NCBI RefSeq assembly: GCF_044704955.1 | Contig: NC_091988.1 | Location: forward strand, 31,248,001-31,312,000 | DNA: 64,000 nucleotides | Direction: 5' to 3' | From: Pristiophorus japonicus | Taxonomy: Eukaryota | In this document: in pieces, positions 11,428 to 24,500 of the stretch | How the letters are laid out: the number at the start of each line of letters is the position of its first letter | Position numbering within the stretch: position 1 is the first letter of the stretch | Notes under the pieces: generated by a model | The model's database searches: none | What the model was told of the DNA's origin: nothing | Seen by the model: only the letters and a program-made list of their open reading frames with translations | Made by a program: the position numbers and the translations under genes

Positions 11428-14232
11428 AGAATTTAACGAATAGGCCAACCCCATTGTTCCTGTGTTGAAGAGTGATAGCACTGTCAGGATTTGTGGAGAC
11501 TACAAGGTTATGATCAACCGAGTTTCGAAACAGGATCAATACCCGTTACCGAAGGCTGATGACCTGTTTGTAATGCTAGCCAGGGTGAAGTCGTTCACTA
11601 AACTGGATCTGACGTCGGCGTATCTGACACAGGAGCTGGTCGAGACGTCGAAGAAACTTACATGCATCAACACTCATAAAGAACTGTTTATCTACAACAG
11701 GTGCCCTTTCGGAATTCGCTCGGCTGCAGCCATATTTCAGAGGAACATGGAGAGTCCACTGAAGTCTGTCCCTAGAACCGTGTTCCAAGATGACATTCTG
11801 GTCACAGGTCGTGACACCGCCAAACATCTGAACAACCTGGAAGAGGTTCTACATCATCTGGACAAAGTTGGACTCAGACTGAAACGTTTGAAGTGCGTCT
11901 TCATGGCACCGGAAGTCGAATTCCTGGGGAGGAAAATTGCTGCTGACGGCATCAGGCCTGCGGACGAAAACCAAGGCCACCAAAAATGCACCCAAGCCTC
12001 AGAATGTGACGGAGCTGCGTTCGTTCCTTGGTCTACTCAACTACTTCGGTAATTTCCTACCTAGATTGAGCATTTCATTAGAGCCACTGCATATGCTGCT
12101 AAGAAACGGTGACAACTGGGTTTGGGTTGCGTCTCAAGGTAGAGCTTTTGAGAAAGCTACTAATTTGCTTTGCTCTAACAAGCTGCTGGTACATTATGAT
12201 CTGTGTAAGCGTCTAGTATTGACCTGTGATGCTTCGTCAAATGGAGTTGGTTGCGTGCTCCAACAAGCTAATCGGGTAAACTACAACCTGTTGCGTATGC
12301 TTCTAAAAGTTTGTCAAAGCTGGAAAGAGCCTACAGTATGGTAGAAAAAGAAGCATTAGCCTGTGTGTATGGGGTTAAAAAGATGCATCAGTACCTGTTT
12401 GGTCTTCAGTTTGAACTGGAAACAGATCACAAGCCACTCATTTCATTGTTTCCGGAAACCAAAGATATTAATACCAATGCATCGTCCCGCATCCAGAGCT
12501 GGGCGCTGACGTTATCTGCCTATGATTATGTCATTCACCACAGACCTAGCACCGAGAATTGTGCCGATGCACTGAGCCGTCTGCCCTTGCCCACACCGGA
12601 GGTGGAAACTCCACAACCTGTAGACCTCCTGTTAATTATGGCTGCTTTTGAAAGTGAAGGAACCCCTGTCACGGCTCAACAAGTTAAGACCTGGACCAGC
12701 CAGGACCCGATATTATCGGTTGTGAAATGTTGTGTCCTTAGTGGTGATTGGTCTGCCATACCCAAGCAAAAGGGTGATGAGACCAAACCGTACAACCGTC
12801 GCAAAGCTGAACTATCCATTCAGTCAGATTGTTTACAGTGGGGTAATCGTGTTGTTATGCCTAAGAAAGGCAGAGAGAAATTTGTTCATGATCTACACAG
12901 CACTCATCCCGGTATTGTCATGATGAAAGCCATTGCCAGGTCTCATTTATGGTGGCCTGGAATTGACACTGATCTGGAATCATGTGTACATCAGTGCAAC
13001 ACTTGCATGCAGCTAAGTAAAGCACCAGCGGAATCGCTGCTGAGTCTGTGGTCATGGCCATCTAAATCATGGTCCAGGATCCACATCGACTTTGCAGGTC
13101 CCTTCCTGGGAAAGATGTTTTTAGTTGTGGTGGATACATATTCCAAGTGGATAGAGTGTATAATCATGTCATCCAGTACATCCACAGCTACCATTGAGAG
13201 TCTTTGTGTCATGGTTGCCATTCATAGTCTGCCCGACATCGTTGTAAGCGACAAGAGACCTCGCTTCACTAGTCTGGAGTCTCAAGAGGTCATGAAACTC
13301 AGTGGTATCAAATATGTGAGGTCAGCACCATTCAAACCCGCATCTAATGGTCAAGCAGAGCGTGCTGTCCAAACCATCAGAGTATGAAACATGTAACACA
13401 AGGTTCACTGCAAATTCACTTGTCATGCATATTGCTTAGTTACAGGACAAGACCCCACATGCTTACTGGGGTCCCCCCTGCTGAACTATTGATGAAGAGA
13501 GGTCTCAAGACCTAGCTCTCTCTTGTTCACCCTGACTTGGAACGATCATGTTGAATACAGACGTCAACGTCAGCAGTGGTATCATGATTGCGCTGCTGTG
13601 TCACGTGACATTTCTGTTAATGATCCTGTGTATGTACTAAATTATAGTCATGGTCCCAAGTGGATCGCCGGTACTGTTACGGCCAAGGAGGGTAACAGAG
13701 TGTTTATTGTCAAGCTCAAGAATGGGCAGACATGCAGGAAACATGTTGATCAGATATAGCTGCGGCACACAGATGAACCGGAACAGTCTGAGGAAGACAC
13801 AACCAGTGACCAACCAACTTACCCTTAGTCATCAGAGGACTCCGCTATCATCAATGAATCTGGACTTTCAATCCCTGACATGGTCATTGCCACTCCCTTC
13901 AGATCAGCTACCCAGCCTCCAGTCATAACAGACTCCGAACGCTCGCCTAAGGCTGGAGTTGAACTGAGACGATCAACTCGGGAGTGGAAAGCCCCGGACC
14001 CTCTCAATTTGTAAAAAGGCTGTTACTAATATCTTAAAGGGGGATATTGTCATGTATGTATGCTTGGGGTTACTAGCCACCAGGTGGCACCACTGTCAGA
14101 GGTCATTAGGCTCAGGTATAAAAGGCAAGCCATCATGTAATGTAATCACTTTGGGCCCTAATAAAGCAGAGCCCGGTTTGTACCTGTGTTAGTTTACAAT
14201 ATTCAGTCTATCGAGTTATTACATACATAACA
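11428..14232 (+). mobile_element. 5'-truncated Ty3/Gypsy LTR retrotransposon (RT, RNase H, integrase, 3' LTR), frameshifted
   Basis: ORFs 11462-12052 (RICGDYK..KLDLTSAY..FQDDILV), 11937-12344 and 12311-13387 (EKEALAC..TDHKPL..HPGIVMMK..IHIDFAGP..SNGQAER); polypurine tract TTAAAGGGGGATA at 14034-14046. Confidence 0.93.
14048..14232 (+). repeat. 3' LTR of the first Gypsy element (185 bp)
   Basis: TGT...ACA ends with inverted termini TGTCATGTATGTA / TACATACATAACA; internal TATAAAA and AATAAA; directly follows the polypurine tract. Confidence 0.85.
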
Positions 14233-14246
14233 AAAACCTGCAGAAC

Positions 14247-15534
14247 ATGGCTGAAAGGGAAGTGGAAGAGGAATTCGAAGGACAAGGAGAAGGATGGGCC
14301 GTTCAATTTCTCCCACACCAAGTGGTATCCCCAATAGATATAATTGAGAGGAAATGGGATCTGCTGGAAATTCAGGGGGAAAAACCTAAAAAGTAAAACC
14401 GGCTGTAATGGCTCAACGTTGGGATGATGTTGCTGTCGAGTACAAGGCAGTAGCTATTACCCGGAGAATCGGCGGGCAGCTGAAAAAGAAGTGGCAGGAC
14501 CTAGGACAATTAGTTAAAGTAAGTATGCACTTACATTTGTAAAAGTGTGTGTGGCCACCACTCAAAAGGACCCTCTCTTAAAAAGTTCTATTTTCATCTA
14601 TGCAGTTGAAAAACATCAGGAACCACAGAAATTGTACTGGTGGAGGACCACTAAGTAAGCTGCAATTGAGCCAGCTGGAACAGAGGATCTCTGATTTGAT
14701 TAAAGCTCACCAGAGAAGATCCACCACCAATGTGGGCCCAGGACAAAGAGACAGGGTAAGCCCTGCAAATTGTACTATGGGTTGGCTAAATACTGCGTGG
14801 GCTAGCTAGCCTTTAATGGATGTTTTTGATATGTTTTACAGCAGCTGCGTGTGAGAAAGAGGCAGAAGGTTATCCAGAAGGACAAACAGAAGTACCAGCA
14901 GAATTGCACCCGAAGGACAGCCAAAAGAGAGTCCAGAATTGTTTCCTGATTTTGAGCAGGACGATCTGGATGAAGACCAGCATGAAGATCCCCCACACTG
15001 ATCAGATGGTCATATTGGACCTGCAGCCGGAGGAGCCCATGGATCAGGATGTAGGTCCCAGTGTGGTCCAGCAACGCACACCTGCGAGAGGGATGCCCCA
15101 ATAGGGTCGAGGAGCAAGGCACAGGTGGGAGATGGCGAAGGAGGATGGAAAGGATAGCTGAACCACAAGTGCAGGTAGACATGGTACAGCTCATCGGGAT
15201 GAGTAGGGAGAGTATGCAGCTAACCAGGTCGCTCCTGGACACCATGGGTGAGGTGAGGGTAGAAATTGCGGGACTGTCAGGAGAGGTAGCAACACTGTCT
15301 GGAGGAATAGGACCACCATTGGTGTGGCAGATTAGGGAGGGAATGGTGGATGCACTTGATGCACTGTCGGGACAGCTGATGGGGAAATTGTCTGACATAT
15401 GTAACAGAAATTTGCAGGTAGCTGCTGCAATAAGGGAACACACCCAGGTTGTCATTCAACAACACCAATTGGCGGCATCAACTGCTGCCACTCAAATGAT
15501 CCCCAGACCAAGCTCGGACTGTGCCGCACGATGA
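14247..15534 (+). pseudogene. Harbinger accessory Myb/SANT-like DNA-binding protein gene, intron-containing and decayed
   Basis: ATG at about 14247 (MAEREVEEEF..IDIIERKWDLL; later RWDDVAVEY..RIGGQLKKKWQDLGQLVK), GTAAGT donor at about 14519, next exon ..NHRNCTGGGP..LSQLEQRI... Convergent with the transposase, as in two-gene Harbingers. Confidence 0.7.
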
Positions 15535-16148
15535 TCCACAGCTTGAAAAAGACAAAGACGAACCCGGGTCTTCCATAAAGGTATCTACTAGGTCTGCCCC
15601 TGTCCAACCCCATCAACAAAAAACAAAAAAGTATAACCTTGGGCTCACCGAGGAAGTCTGCTGCATCATCAGAAAGGGCTAAGGGTAGAGGCACCAGGGT
15701 GGGCAAGAGGGGCACGACGCGCTCGTGGTAGTTGAATAAGGGGAGGAGAGATATTTGTATCTTGCTGTTACTTGTTTTGTTAATAGAACATTTTGATACA
15801 ATAAAGTTTTATTAATTGAAAATGTTAAAGATTGCGAGAAGTTTAAAGTTTGATACATATTAATTGAAAATGTTAAAGTTTGATACATGTTAATTGTAAA
15901 GTTTGATATTTCTTCATTGAAAAGTTAAAAGTTTGATACAAAATGTTTTATTAAAGTTAAGTACAAATGTACAAATGTTTAATAAACCAATTCTTTTCAT
16001 TTAACCAGAATCTATGCATTATTTTGTGAATTTAACCAACAGTATATATTGGAGCAACATAAACTAACAGAACATTATTAAAAGTGCAAACAGATATAAA
16101 CAGTCAACATGGTGCGACACTATAATCAACCGTGCTACCGTTTAGCCT

Positions 16149-17230
16149 TCAGGCAGAAAAACGTTCATGGATTAGCCACTGACGCAAGTCTCTAGCAATG
16201 GCTAGAGATCCCCTTAGTCGTCCCGCCCTCCTCCGCCTTCGTCCTGCGGCTTGAGGTGGTTCCTCCTGCTGCTGCTGGTCCTCCTCCTCCTCGACAGCAG
16301 CCTCCTCCGAATCCTCATCCCTCCTTTTCTCCTCAGGAGGATCTTCACTGTCCAGTACCTGTCCCCACATGATGGCCAAGTTGTGCAGCATGCATCACAC
16401 GACAGTGAACTGAGCGACGTGGTGAGGGGAATATTGCAGGTAGCCTCCAGAGTGGTCCAGGCATCGGAAACGCTGCTTAAAACGCCAATTGTCCTCTCGA
16501 TGATGCTCCGTGTCATTATGTGGGACATATTGTACTGACGCTCTGCCTCAGTGCGGGGTTTGCGTAGGGGGGTCGTAAGCCAAATGGCGAGCCCGTAACC
16601 TTTGTCCCCAAGCAACCAGCTTCTGGCAGCTCCCGAAACATCGCAGATAGTATGCTCTCACATAGGATCAAAGCATCATGGATGCTACTGGGATATTTAG
16701 CATCCACTGCCATAATCCGAAGCATATCGTCGCACACCAGCTGCACATTTAGGGAGTGGAACCATTTCCTGTTGCGGTAAACTTCGGAATCTTCCAAGGG
16801 TGCTCTCAAGGCGATGTGAGTACAGTCAATGGCACCCTGTACCTTTGGGAAGCCGCAATTCTGGAGAACCCTACAGCCCTGTCTCTCATTGCTTATATGG
16901 TCATAGGGAAAGAGATGAACTGGTCCATTTTGGCATACAGTGCTGCAGTCATCTGGCGAATGCAGCAATGTGTGGCATGCTGCGAGATCGAGCATACGTT
17001 CTCAGTTGAAGCTTGAAATGATCCCGTAGCATAGAAGGCAAGTGCCGCTGTTACTTATACTTCTACAGGTAGGGCAGCCCTCCTTCCACTTCTTGACTGT
17101 ATGTCTGCCCTGATTAGTTGGCAGATCTCGGTGATTACCTCCTTTCTGAATCGCAGCCTGCGAACACAGTCTGCCTTACAGTTGCAGGTATGAGCGCCTG
17201 TCTCTGTAGACTCGCTGAGGGTAAGACCTC
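16149..17230 (-). pseudogene. PIF/Harbinger (HARBI1-like DDE) transposase, frameshifted
   Basis: Motifs spread across frames: [100 protein letters not shown]. Confidence 0.92.
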
Positions 17231-17244
17231 CGCACCCGTCCCAC

Positions 17245-17665
17245 CCAGGCTCTCTCTCCCTCACACCCCCAGGCTCTCTCTCCCTCCCCACCCGCCCAGG
17301 CTCTCTCTCCCTCACACCCCCAGGCTCTCTCTCCCTCCCCACCCGCCCAGGCTCTCTCTCCCTCACACCCCCAGGCTCTCTCTCCCTCCCCACCCGCCTA
17401 GGCTCTCTCTCCCTCACACCCCCAGGCTCTCTCTCCCTCCCCACCCGCCCAGGCTCTCTCTCCCGCAACCCCCCTACCCCAGGCTCTCTTTCCCCATCCC
17501 CCGCAGTCTCTCTTCTCCCCCACCACCCCAGTCTCTCTCTCTCTCTGCCCCCCCCCTGCCAGGCTCTTTCTCTCTCCCCCCCCCATCCCCAGCTCTCTCT
17601 CCCCTCCTCCCCCACCCCCAGGCTCTCTCTCTCTCTCTCTCCACCCCCAGGCTCTCTCTTTCCCC
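17245..17665. repeat. 51-bp minisatellite (24+27 bp subunits, about 4 copies) decaying into CT-rich sequence
   Basis: Unit CCAGGCTCTCTCTCCCTCACACCC-CCAGGCTCTCTCTCCCTCCCCACCCGC; produces spurious PRLSLPHT / REREPG ORFs. Confidence 0.9.
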
Positions 17666-17914
17666 CGGCTGCCCACCGCTGATTACCCGCCACCGCTGCA
17701 GCTCAGCGGGAGGCTCGGTGACTTGCGGCTCAGCTCTCCCTCTCCCTACCGTGCCGCTTCTCTCCCCACCGCCCGCAGGCTCTGAGGAACAACGTGGTCG
17801 GACTGATTGCGGGGCCCCACTTCCGGTTCTGGCTTCGGGTGGGAGGACGCAGGCGCAGAAAGACAGAAAAAGGGCAATACAAATAGTCAGTCCCTCAAAA
17901 AAAATGGAGTTATA

Positions 17915-18259
17915 GTTATCGCCTGAAATTGTTGAACTCAATGTTGAGTTCGGAAGATGAGGTCCTGTTCCTCAAGCTTCTGTTCAGCTTAATTGGAGCA
18001 GTACAGGAGGCCGAGGACAGGGAGGTCAGAATGGGGGTGGGCCGGTGAATTAAAATCGCAAGCGACGAGAAGTTGAGAGTCACGCTTGTGGACTGAACGG
18101 AGATGTTCTGCAAACCGATCACCCAATCTGTATTTGGTCTCCCCAGTGTAGAGGAGACTGCATCATGAGCAGCGAATACAGTATATTAAATTGAAAGTAG
18201 TACAAGTAAAATCACTGTTTCACCTGGAAGGAGTGCTTGGGGTCCTAGATAGTGAGAAG
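17915..18259 (-). mobile_element. Penelope-like element GIY-YIG endonuclease fragment (target of the second Gypsy; resumes at about 24854-24890)
   Basis: Minus strand reads, with stops, FNLIYCIRCS..LLYTGETKYRLGDRFAEHLRSV..FNSPAH..NIEFNNFRR, a GIY-YIG pattern. Confidence 0.75.
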
Positions 18260-18524
18260 TGTCACGTATCTCACACTACTGTATATAACTGTATCGTGCC
18301 ATGCTATACATGACTGTAACTAGATATGACCTGCAACCACAAGCATACTTTACCAGGGGTGCACTTGCAGGAGACACTGCATACCTGTTCCACACAGGTA
18401 TATAAAGGCAGGTCTCAGGCAAGTGAGGAACTCGAGAGCTGTGAAATAAAGGTACACATCCAAAGTGACCTTGACTTCAGCATGTGCCTCGTGTAAGTCT
18501 GTACTGCAGGGTCAGGACTTTACA
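18260..18524 (+). repeat. 5' LTR of the second Gypsy element (265 bp)
   Basis: TGTCAC...TTTACA with TATATAAA and AATAAA; its last 104 bp are repeated at 24750-24853. Confidence 0.9.
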
Positions 18525-18967
18525 GTGGCGACGAGTTACGGGATCACAGAATCCACAGAATGGCGACCAACGGCTCAGATGAGAAATACAATGCTGGAGA
18601 CAATTGGGAGGACTTTATAGAAAGGCTCCAGCAAAACTTTGTAACCCAGACTGGTTCGGCGACGATAAGGCAGACAAGAGAAGAGACAAATCTCTTGACC
18701 AGCTACGGCTGGAAAACATACGCCTTAATGAAGGACCTGCTGGCACCCGAGAAACCAGCAAGCAAGTCGTTTGAGGAGTTGAGCACACTGGTGAGAGACC
18801 ACCTGAAACCAGCGAGCAGCCTACACATGGCCAGACACAGGTTCTACAACTACAGGCGCTGTGTGGGCCAGAGCATACCCGACTTTGTGGCAGAACTTCG
18901 GAGGCTGGCTAGTTTATGTGAGTTCTCCGATGAACTAAGGAGAGAAGTACTGAGAGACATTTTTATT

Positions 18968-21538
18968 ACATAGAAACATAGAAAATAGGTGCAGGAGTAG
19001 GCCATTTGGCCCTTCGAGCCTGCACTGCCATTCAATGAGTTCATGGCTGAACATGCAACCTCAGTACCCTATTCCTGCTTTCTCGCTATACCCCTTGATC
19101 CCCCTAGTAGTAAGGACTACATCTAACTCCTTTTTGAATATGTTCAGTGAATTGGCCTCAACAACTTTCTGTGGTAGAGAATTCCACAGGTTCACCACTC
19201 TCTGGGTGAAGAAGTTTCTCCTCATCTCGGTCCTAAATGGCTTACCCCTTATCCTTAGACTGTGACCCCTGGTTCTGGACTTCCCCAACATTGGGAACAT
19301 TCTTCCTGCATCTAACCTGTCTAAACCCGTCAGAATTTTAAACGTTTCTATGAGATCCCCTCTCATTCTTCTGAACTCCAGTGAATACAAGCCCAGTTGA
19401 TCCAATCTTTCTTGATAGGTCAGTCCCGCCATCCCGGGAATCAGTCTGGTGAACCTTCGCTGCACTCCCTCAATAGCAAGAATGTCCTTCCTCAGGTTAG
19501 GAGACCAAAACTGTACACAATACTCCAGGTGTGGCCTCACCAAGGCCCTGTACAACTGTAGCAATACCTCCCTGCCCCTGTACTCAAATCCCCTCGCTAT
19601 GAAGGCCAACATGCCATTTGCTTTCTTAATCGCCTGCTGTACCTGCATGCCAACCTTCAATGACTGATGTACTATGACACCCAGGTCTCGTTGCACCTCC
19701 CCTTTTCCTAATCTGTCACCATTCAGATAATAGTCTGTCTCTCTGTTTTTACCACCAAAGTGGATAACCTCACATTTATCCACATTATACTTCATCTGCC
19801 ATGCATTTGCCCACTCACCTAACCGATCCAAGTCACTCTGCAGCCTCATAGCATCCTCCTCGCAGCTCACACTGCCACCCAACTTAGTGTCATCTGCAAA
19901 TTTGGAGATACTACATTTAATCCCCTCGTCTAAATCATTAATGTACAATGTAAACAGCTGGGGCCCCAGCACAGAACCTTGCGGTACCCCACTAGTCACT
20001 GCCTGCCATTCTGAAAAGTACCCATTTACTCCTACTCTTTGCTTCCTGTCTGACAACCAGTTCTCAATCCATGTCAGCACACTACCCCCAATCCCATGTG
20101 CTTTAACTTTGCACATTAATCTCTTGTGTGGGACCTTGTCGAAAGCCTTCTGAAAGTCCAAATATACCACATCAACTGGTTCTCCCTTGTCCACTCTACT
20201 GGAAACATCCTCAAAAAATTCCAGAAGATTTGTCAAGCATGATTTCCCTTTCACAAATCCATGCTGACTTGGACCTATCATGTCACCTCTTTCCAAATGC
20301 GCTGCTATGACATCCTTAATAGTTGATTCCATCATTTTACCCACTACTGATGTCAGGTTGACCGGTCTATAATTCCCTGTTTTCTCTCTCCCTCCTTTTT
20401 TAAAAAGTGGGGTTACATTGGCTACCTCCACTCGATAGGAACTGATCCAGAGTCAATGGAATGTTGGAAAATGACTGTCAATGCATCCGCTATTTCCAAG
20501 GCCACCTCCTTAAGTACTCTGGGATGCAGTCCATCAGGCTCTGGGGATTTATCGGCCTTCAATCCCATCAATTTCCCCAACACAATTTCCCGACTAATAA
20601 GGATTTCTCTCAGTTCCTCCTTCTTACTAGACCCTCTGACCCCTTTTATATCCGGAAGATTGTTTGTGTCCTCCTTAGTGAATACCGAACCAAAGTACTT
20701 GTTCAATTGGTCTGCCATTTCTTTGTTCCCCATTATGACTTCCCCTGATTCTGACTGCAGGGGACCTACGTTTGTCTTTACTAACCTTTTTCTCTTTACA
20801 TATCTATAGAAACTTTTGCAGTCCGTCTTAATGTTCCCTGCAAGCTTCCTCTCGTACTCTATTTTCCTGCCCTAATCAAACCCTTTGTCCTCCTCTGCTG
20901 AGTTCTAAATTTCTCCCAGTCCCCAGGTTCACTGCTATTTCTGGCCAATTTGTATGCCACTTCCTTGGCTTTAATGCTGTCCCTGATTTCCCTTGATAGC
21001 CACGGTTGAGCCACCTTCCCTTTTTTATTTTTACGCCAGACAGGGATGTACAATTGTTGTAGTTCATCCATGCGGTCTCTAAATGTCTGCCATTGCCCAT
21101 CCACTGTCAACCCCTTAAGTATCATTCGCCAATCTATCCTAGCCAATTCACGCCTCATACCTTCAAAGTTAGCCTTCTTTAAGTTCTGGACCATGGTCTC
21201 TGAATTATCTGTTTCATTCTCCATCCTAATGTAGAATTCCACCATATTATGGTCACTCTGCCCCAAGGGGCCTCGCACAACGAGATTACTAATTAATCCT
21301 CTCTCATTACATAGCACCCAGTCTAAGATGGCCTCCCCCCTAGTTGGTTCCTCGACATATTGGCTAGAAAACCATCCCTTATGCACTCCAGGAAATCCTC
21401 CTCCACCGTATTGCTTCCAGTTTGGTTAGCCCAATCTATATGCATATTAAAGTCACCCATGATAACAGCTGCACCTTTATTGCATGCACCCCTAATTTCC
21501 TGTTTGATGCCCTCCCCAGCATCACTACTACTGTTTGG
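18968..21538 (-). mobile_element. Young 5'-truncated CR1 LINE inserted antisense into Gypsy gag
   Basis: Open 456-aa RT/C-terminal ORF 19061-20431 ([29 protein letters not shown]); (TTCTATGT)n-type tail at the left end; gag resumes at GIGHTGLFRKLIETK. Confidence 0.96.
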
Positions 21539-24500
21539 AGGAATAGGCCACACAGGCCTATTCCGAAAGCTTATAGAGACCAAGAACTTGACCCTAGAGG
21601 CACCAGCACTGGTTGCACAGACATTCTTGGCAGGAGAAGAAGAAACGAGGTTGATCTATACTGCGGGTACGACAACTAACGAAACATCGGAACAAGGGGT
21701 TCACAGCGTGAAACAAGCCGCTACCCCCACACACAGACAAAGGCAGGACAACAGGTCTTCAACAGCAGGCAGTGGCGCCAGAAGCCATCAAGGGCCACAT
21801 GAACGGCTGTTCACACCTCATCAACCCACAATGCGAGCAATCAGCTACAGACTGAGAGAAGCTCAAGAGAGATCAGCCAGACGCAGCTCATCCTTCGGAA
21901 ACAATGGAAGCCGTCTGTGCTGGAGATGTGGGGGAAGGCACTCAACAAGGGGGTGTCGATTTCAGCATGCTGTTTGCAGAAACTGCAACTATACAGGGCA
22001 TCTGGCTCGCATGTGCAGAAAAACAGCAGCTCGGCTGGAATACGAATTGGAAGGGTCGGAAAGCGGACCAGAAGACGGTGGGGACAGTGCCCGGGACACC
22101 GAGGTACAGCGGGTCAACACGATCAATGTCCACTGTTCTTACAATAAGACGCCTCCAATAATGATGAGGATCCTACTCAACGGGATACCCGTCAACATGG
22201 AACTGGACACGGGAGCTAGTCAATCTCTCATGAGCGTCCAACAATTTGAACAGCTGTGGCCACACAAAAGAGACAGACCAAAACTCACAAGGATCGACAC
22301 CAAACTAAGGACCTATACCAAAGAAATCATCCCAGTCCTTGGCAGTGCCATGCTCTCAGTCACACACAAAGGGACGGTGAACCAACTTCTCATGTGGATT
22401 GTCCCCGGAGATCTCCCAGCACTGTTGGGGAGAAGCTGGCTGGCAAAACTAAATTGGAAATGGGATGATGTTCACGCCATGTCGTCAGAAGAACGGACCT
22501 CCTGCTCAACAGTTCTAAGTCATTTTGAACATCTCTTTCAGCCAGGTGTGGGCACTTTCAAAGCGGCTAAAGTTAAAATCTACATCACACAGGATGCCAG
22601 ACCGGTCTATCACAAGGCTAGAGCCTTATGTGATGAGGGAAAAGATTGAACACGAACTGGACCGGCTTCTGCGGGAAGGCATTATATCACCTGTGGAACT
22701 TAGCGACTGAGCAAGTCCCATCGTCCCCGTCATGAAGCCTGATGGATCCGTACGAATCTGTGGGGATTACAAGTCTACCATAAACAGAGTCTCCTTACAG
22801 GACCAATACCCGCTGCCCAGAGCGGAGGACCTATTTGCCACATTGGCTGGAGGAAAACTTTTCTTGAAACTAGATCTCACATCTGCGTATATGACGCAAG
22901 AACTGACCGAAGAGTTTAAGCTACTCACCACCATCAACACACATCGAGGCCTTTTTATGTACAATCGATGCCCATTCGGCATCAGGTCGGCAGCTGCTAT
23001 ATTCCAGCGCAACATGGAGAGCCTGCTCAAGTCCATCCCGGGGACGGTTGTGTTTCAAGATGACATACTCATCACGGGCAGGGACACCGACTCCCATCTC
23101 CGCAATTTGGAGGAAGTACTAAGTCGATTGGATCGGGTAGGCCAAGAGTTAAGAAATCCAAGTGTCTGTTTCTCGTGCCCGAGGTTGAATTTTTGGGCAG
23201 AAGGATTGCCGCTGATGGAATCCGCCCAACAGAACCCAAAACCGAAGCAATTCGTCTGGCACCCAGGCCCCGGAATATCTCGGAACTGCGCGCCTTTCTC
23301 GGGCTACTCAATTACTTTGGGAACTTTATGCAGAACTTGAGCACGCTGCTGGAGCCTCTCCACGTGCTACTCAGAAAGGGGTGCCATTGTTTTTTGGGGG
23401 ACGCCCAAGAACGCGCCTTCAATAAGGCACGCAACCTTCTATGTTCCAACAGTGTTTTAGCCTTTTTTGACCCAGGTAAAAAGCTAGTTCTTACATGTGA
23501 TGCGTCAGCGTACTGGGTCAGGTGCGTTTTACAGCATGTCAATGATGCGGGTAAATTACAACCCATTGCTTATGCCTCCAGGTCACTTTCGTGGGTGGAG
23601 CGCGGGTACGGTATGGTTGAGAAGGAGGCGCTCGCGTGCGTGTACGGTGTCAAAAAGATGCACCAATACCTTTTCGGGGCCAAGTTCGCGTTAGAAACCG
23701 ACCACAAACCCCTCATGTCCCTGCTATCCGAGTGCAAGGCAATAAACGCCAATGTCTCGGTGCGCATTCAGCGGTGGGCACTCATGCTAGCGTCTTACAA
23801 CTACACAATAAGGCACAGACCAGGCACAGACAACTGTGCCGACGCGCTTAGCAGGCTACCCCTGGAGACCACGGAATGGTCCGACGAACAGGACTATGAG
23901 ATGGTCATGGAAATCAATGCCTTTGAATCCACAGGTTCGCCCATGATGGCTCGCCAAATCAGAGCCTGGACGACCAGCGACCCCACGTTATCCTTAGTCA
24001 AAAGATGTGTTTTAACTGGTGAATGGGCAGAGGCTCGTGATGCTTGCCCCGAGGAGATCAAACCTTTCCATAGGCGCATGCATGAACTATCACTACAGGC
24101 AGACTGCCTGATGTGGGGCAGCCGAGTAGTTATGCCCTTGCGAGGCAAAGAGGCGTTTGTCCAGGAACTCCACCGCGAGCACCCGGGGATCGTCCTTATA
24201 AAGGCCATAGCCAAATCCCACGTCTGGTGGCCTGGCATTGATGCGGACTTGGAGCTCTGCGTCCGGCGGAGCACCATTTGTGCCCAACTCAGTAATGCCC
24301 CCAGGGAGGTCCCCCTAAGCCCCTGGCCCTGGCCCACCAAACCGTGGTTGCGGGTGCATGTATACTATGCGGGCCCATTCATGGGCAAAATGTTCCTCGT
24401 AGTCGTCGATGCATTTTCAAAGTGGATCGAGTGCACCATTTTAAACTCGAGCACTACCTCCACCAGTGTGGAGAGCCTTAGAACCATGTTTGCAACGCAC

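Noticed and set aside
17055-17941. Long Pro-rich and Arg/Glu/Gly-rich ORFs (265 aa, 212 aa)
   Set aside because: These are translations of the 51-bp minisatellite; only the last part of the minus ORF is transposase.
21360-22649. 429-aa ORF as a novel fusion protein
   Set aside because: Its first roughly 60 codons are antisense CR1 that happen to be in frame with Gypsy gag-protease. It is an insertion artefact with no evidence of expression.
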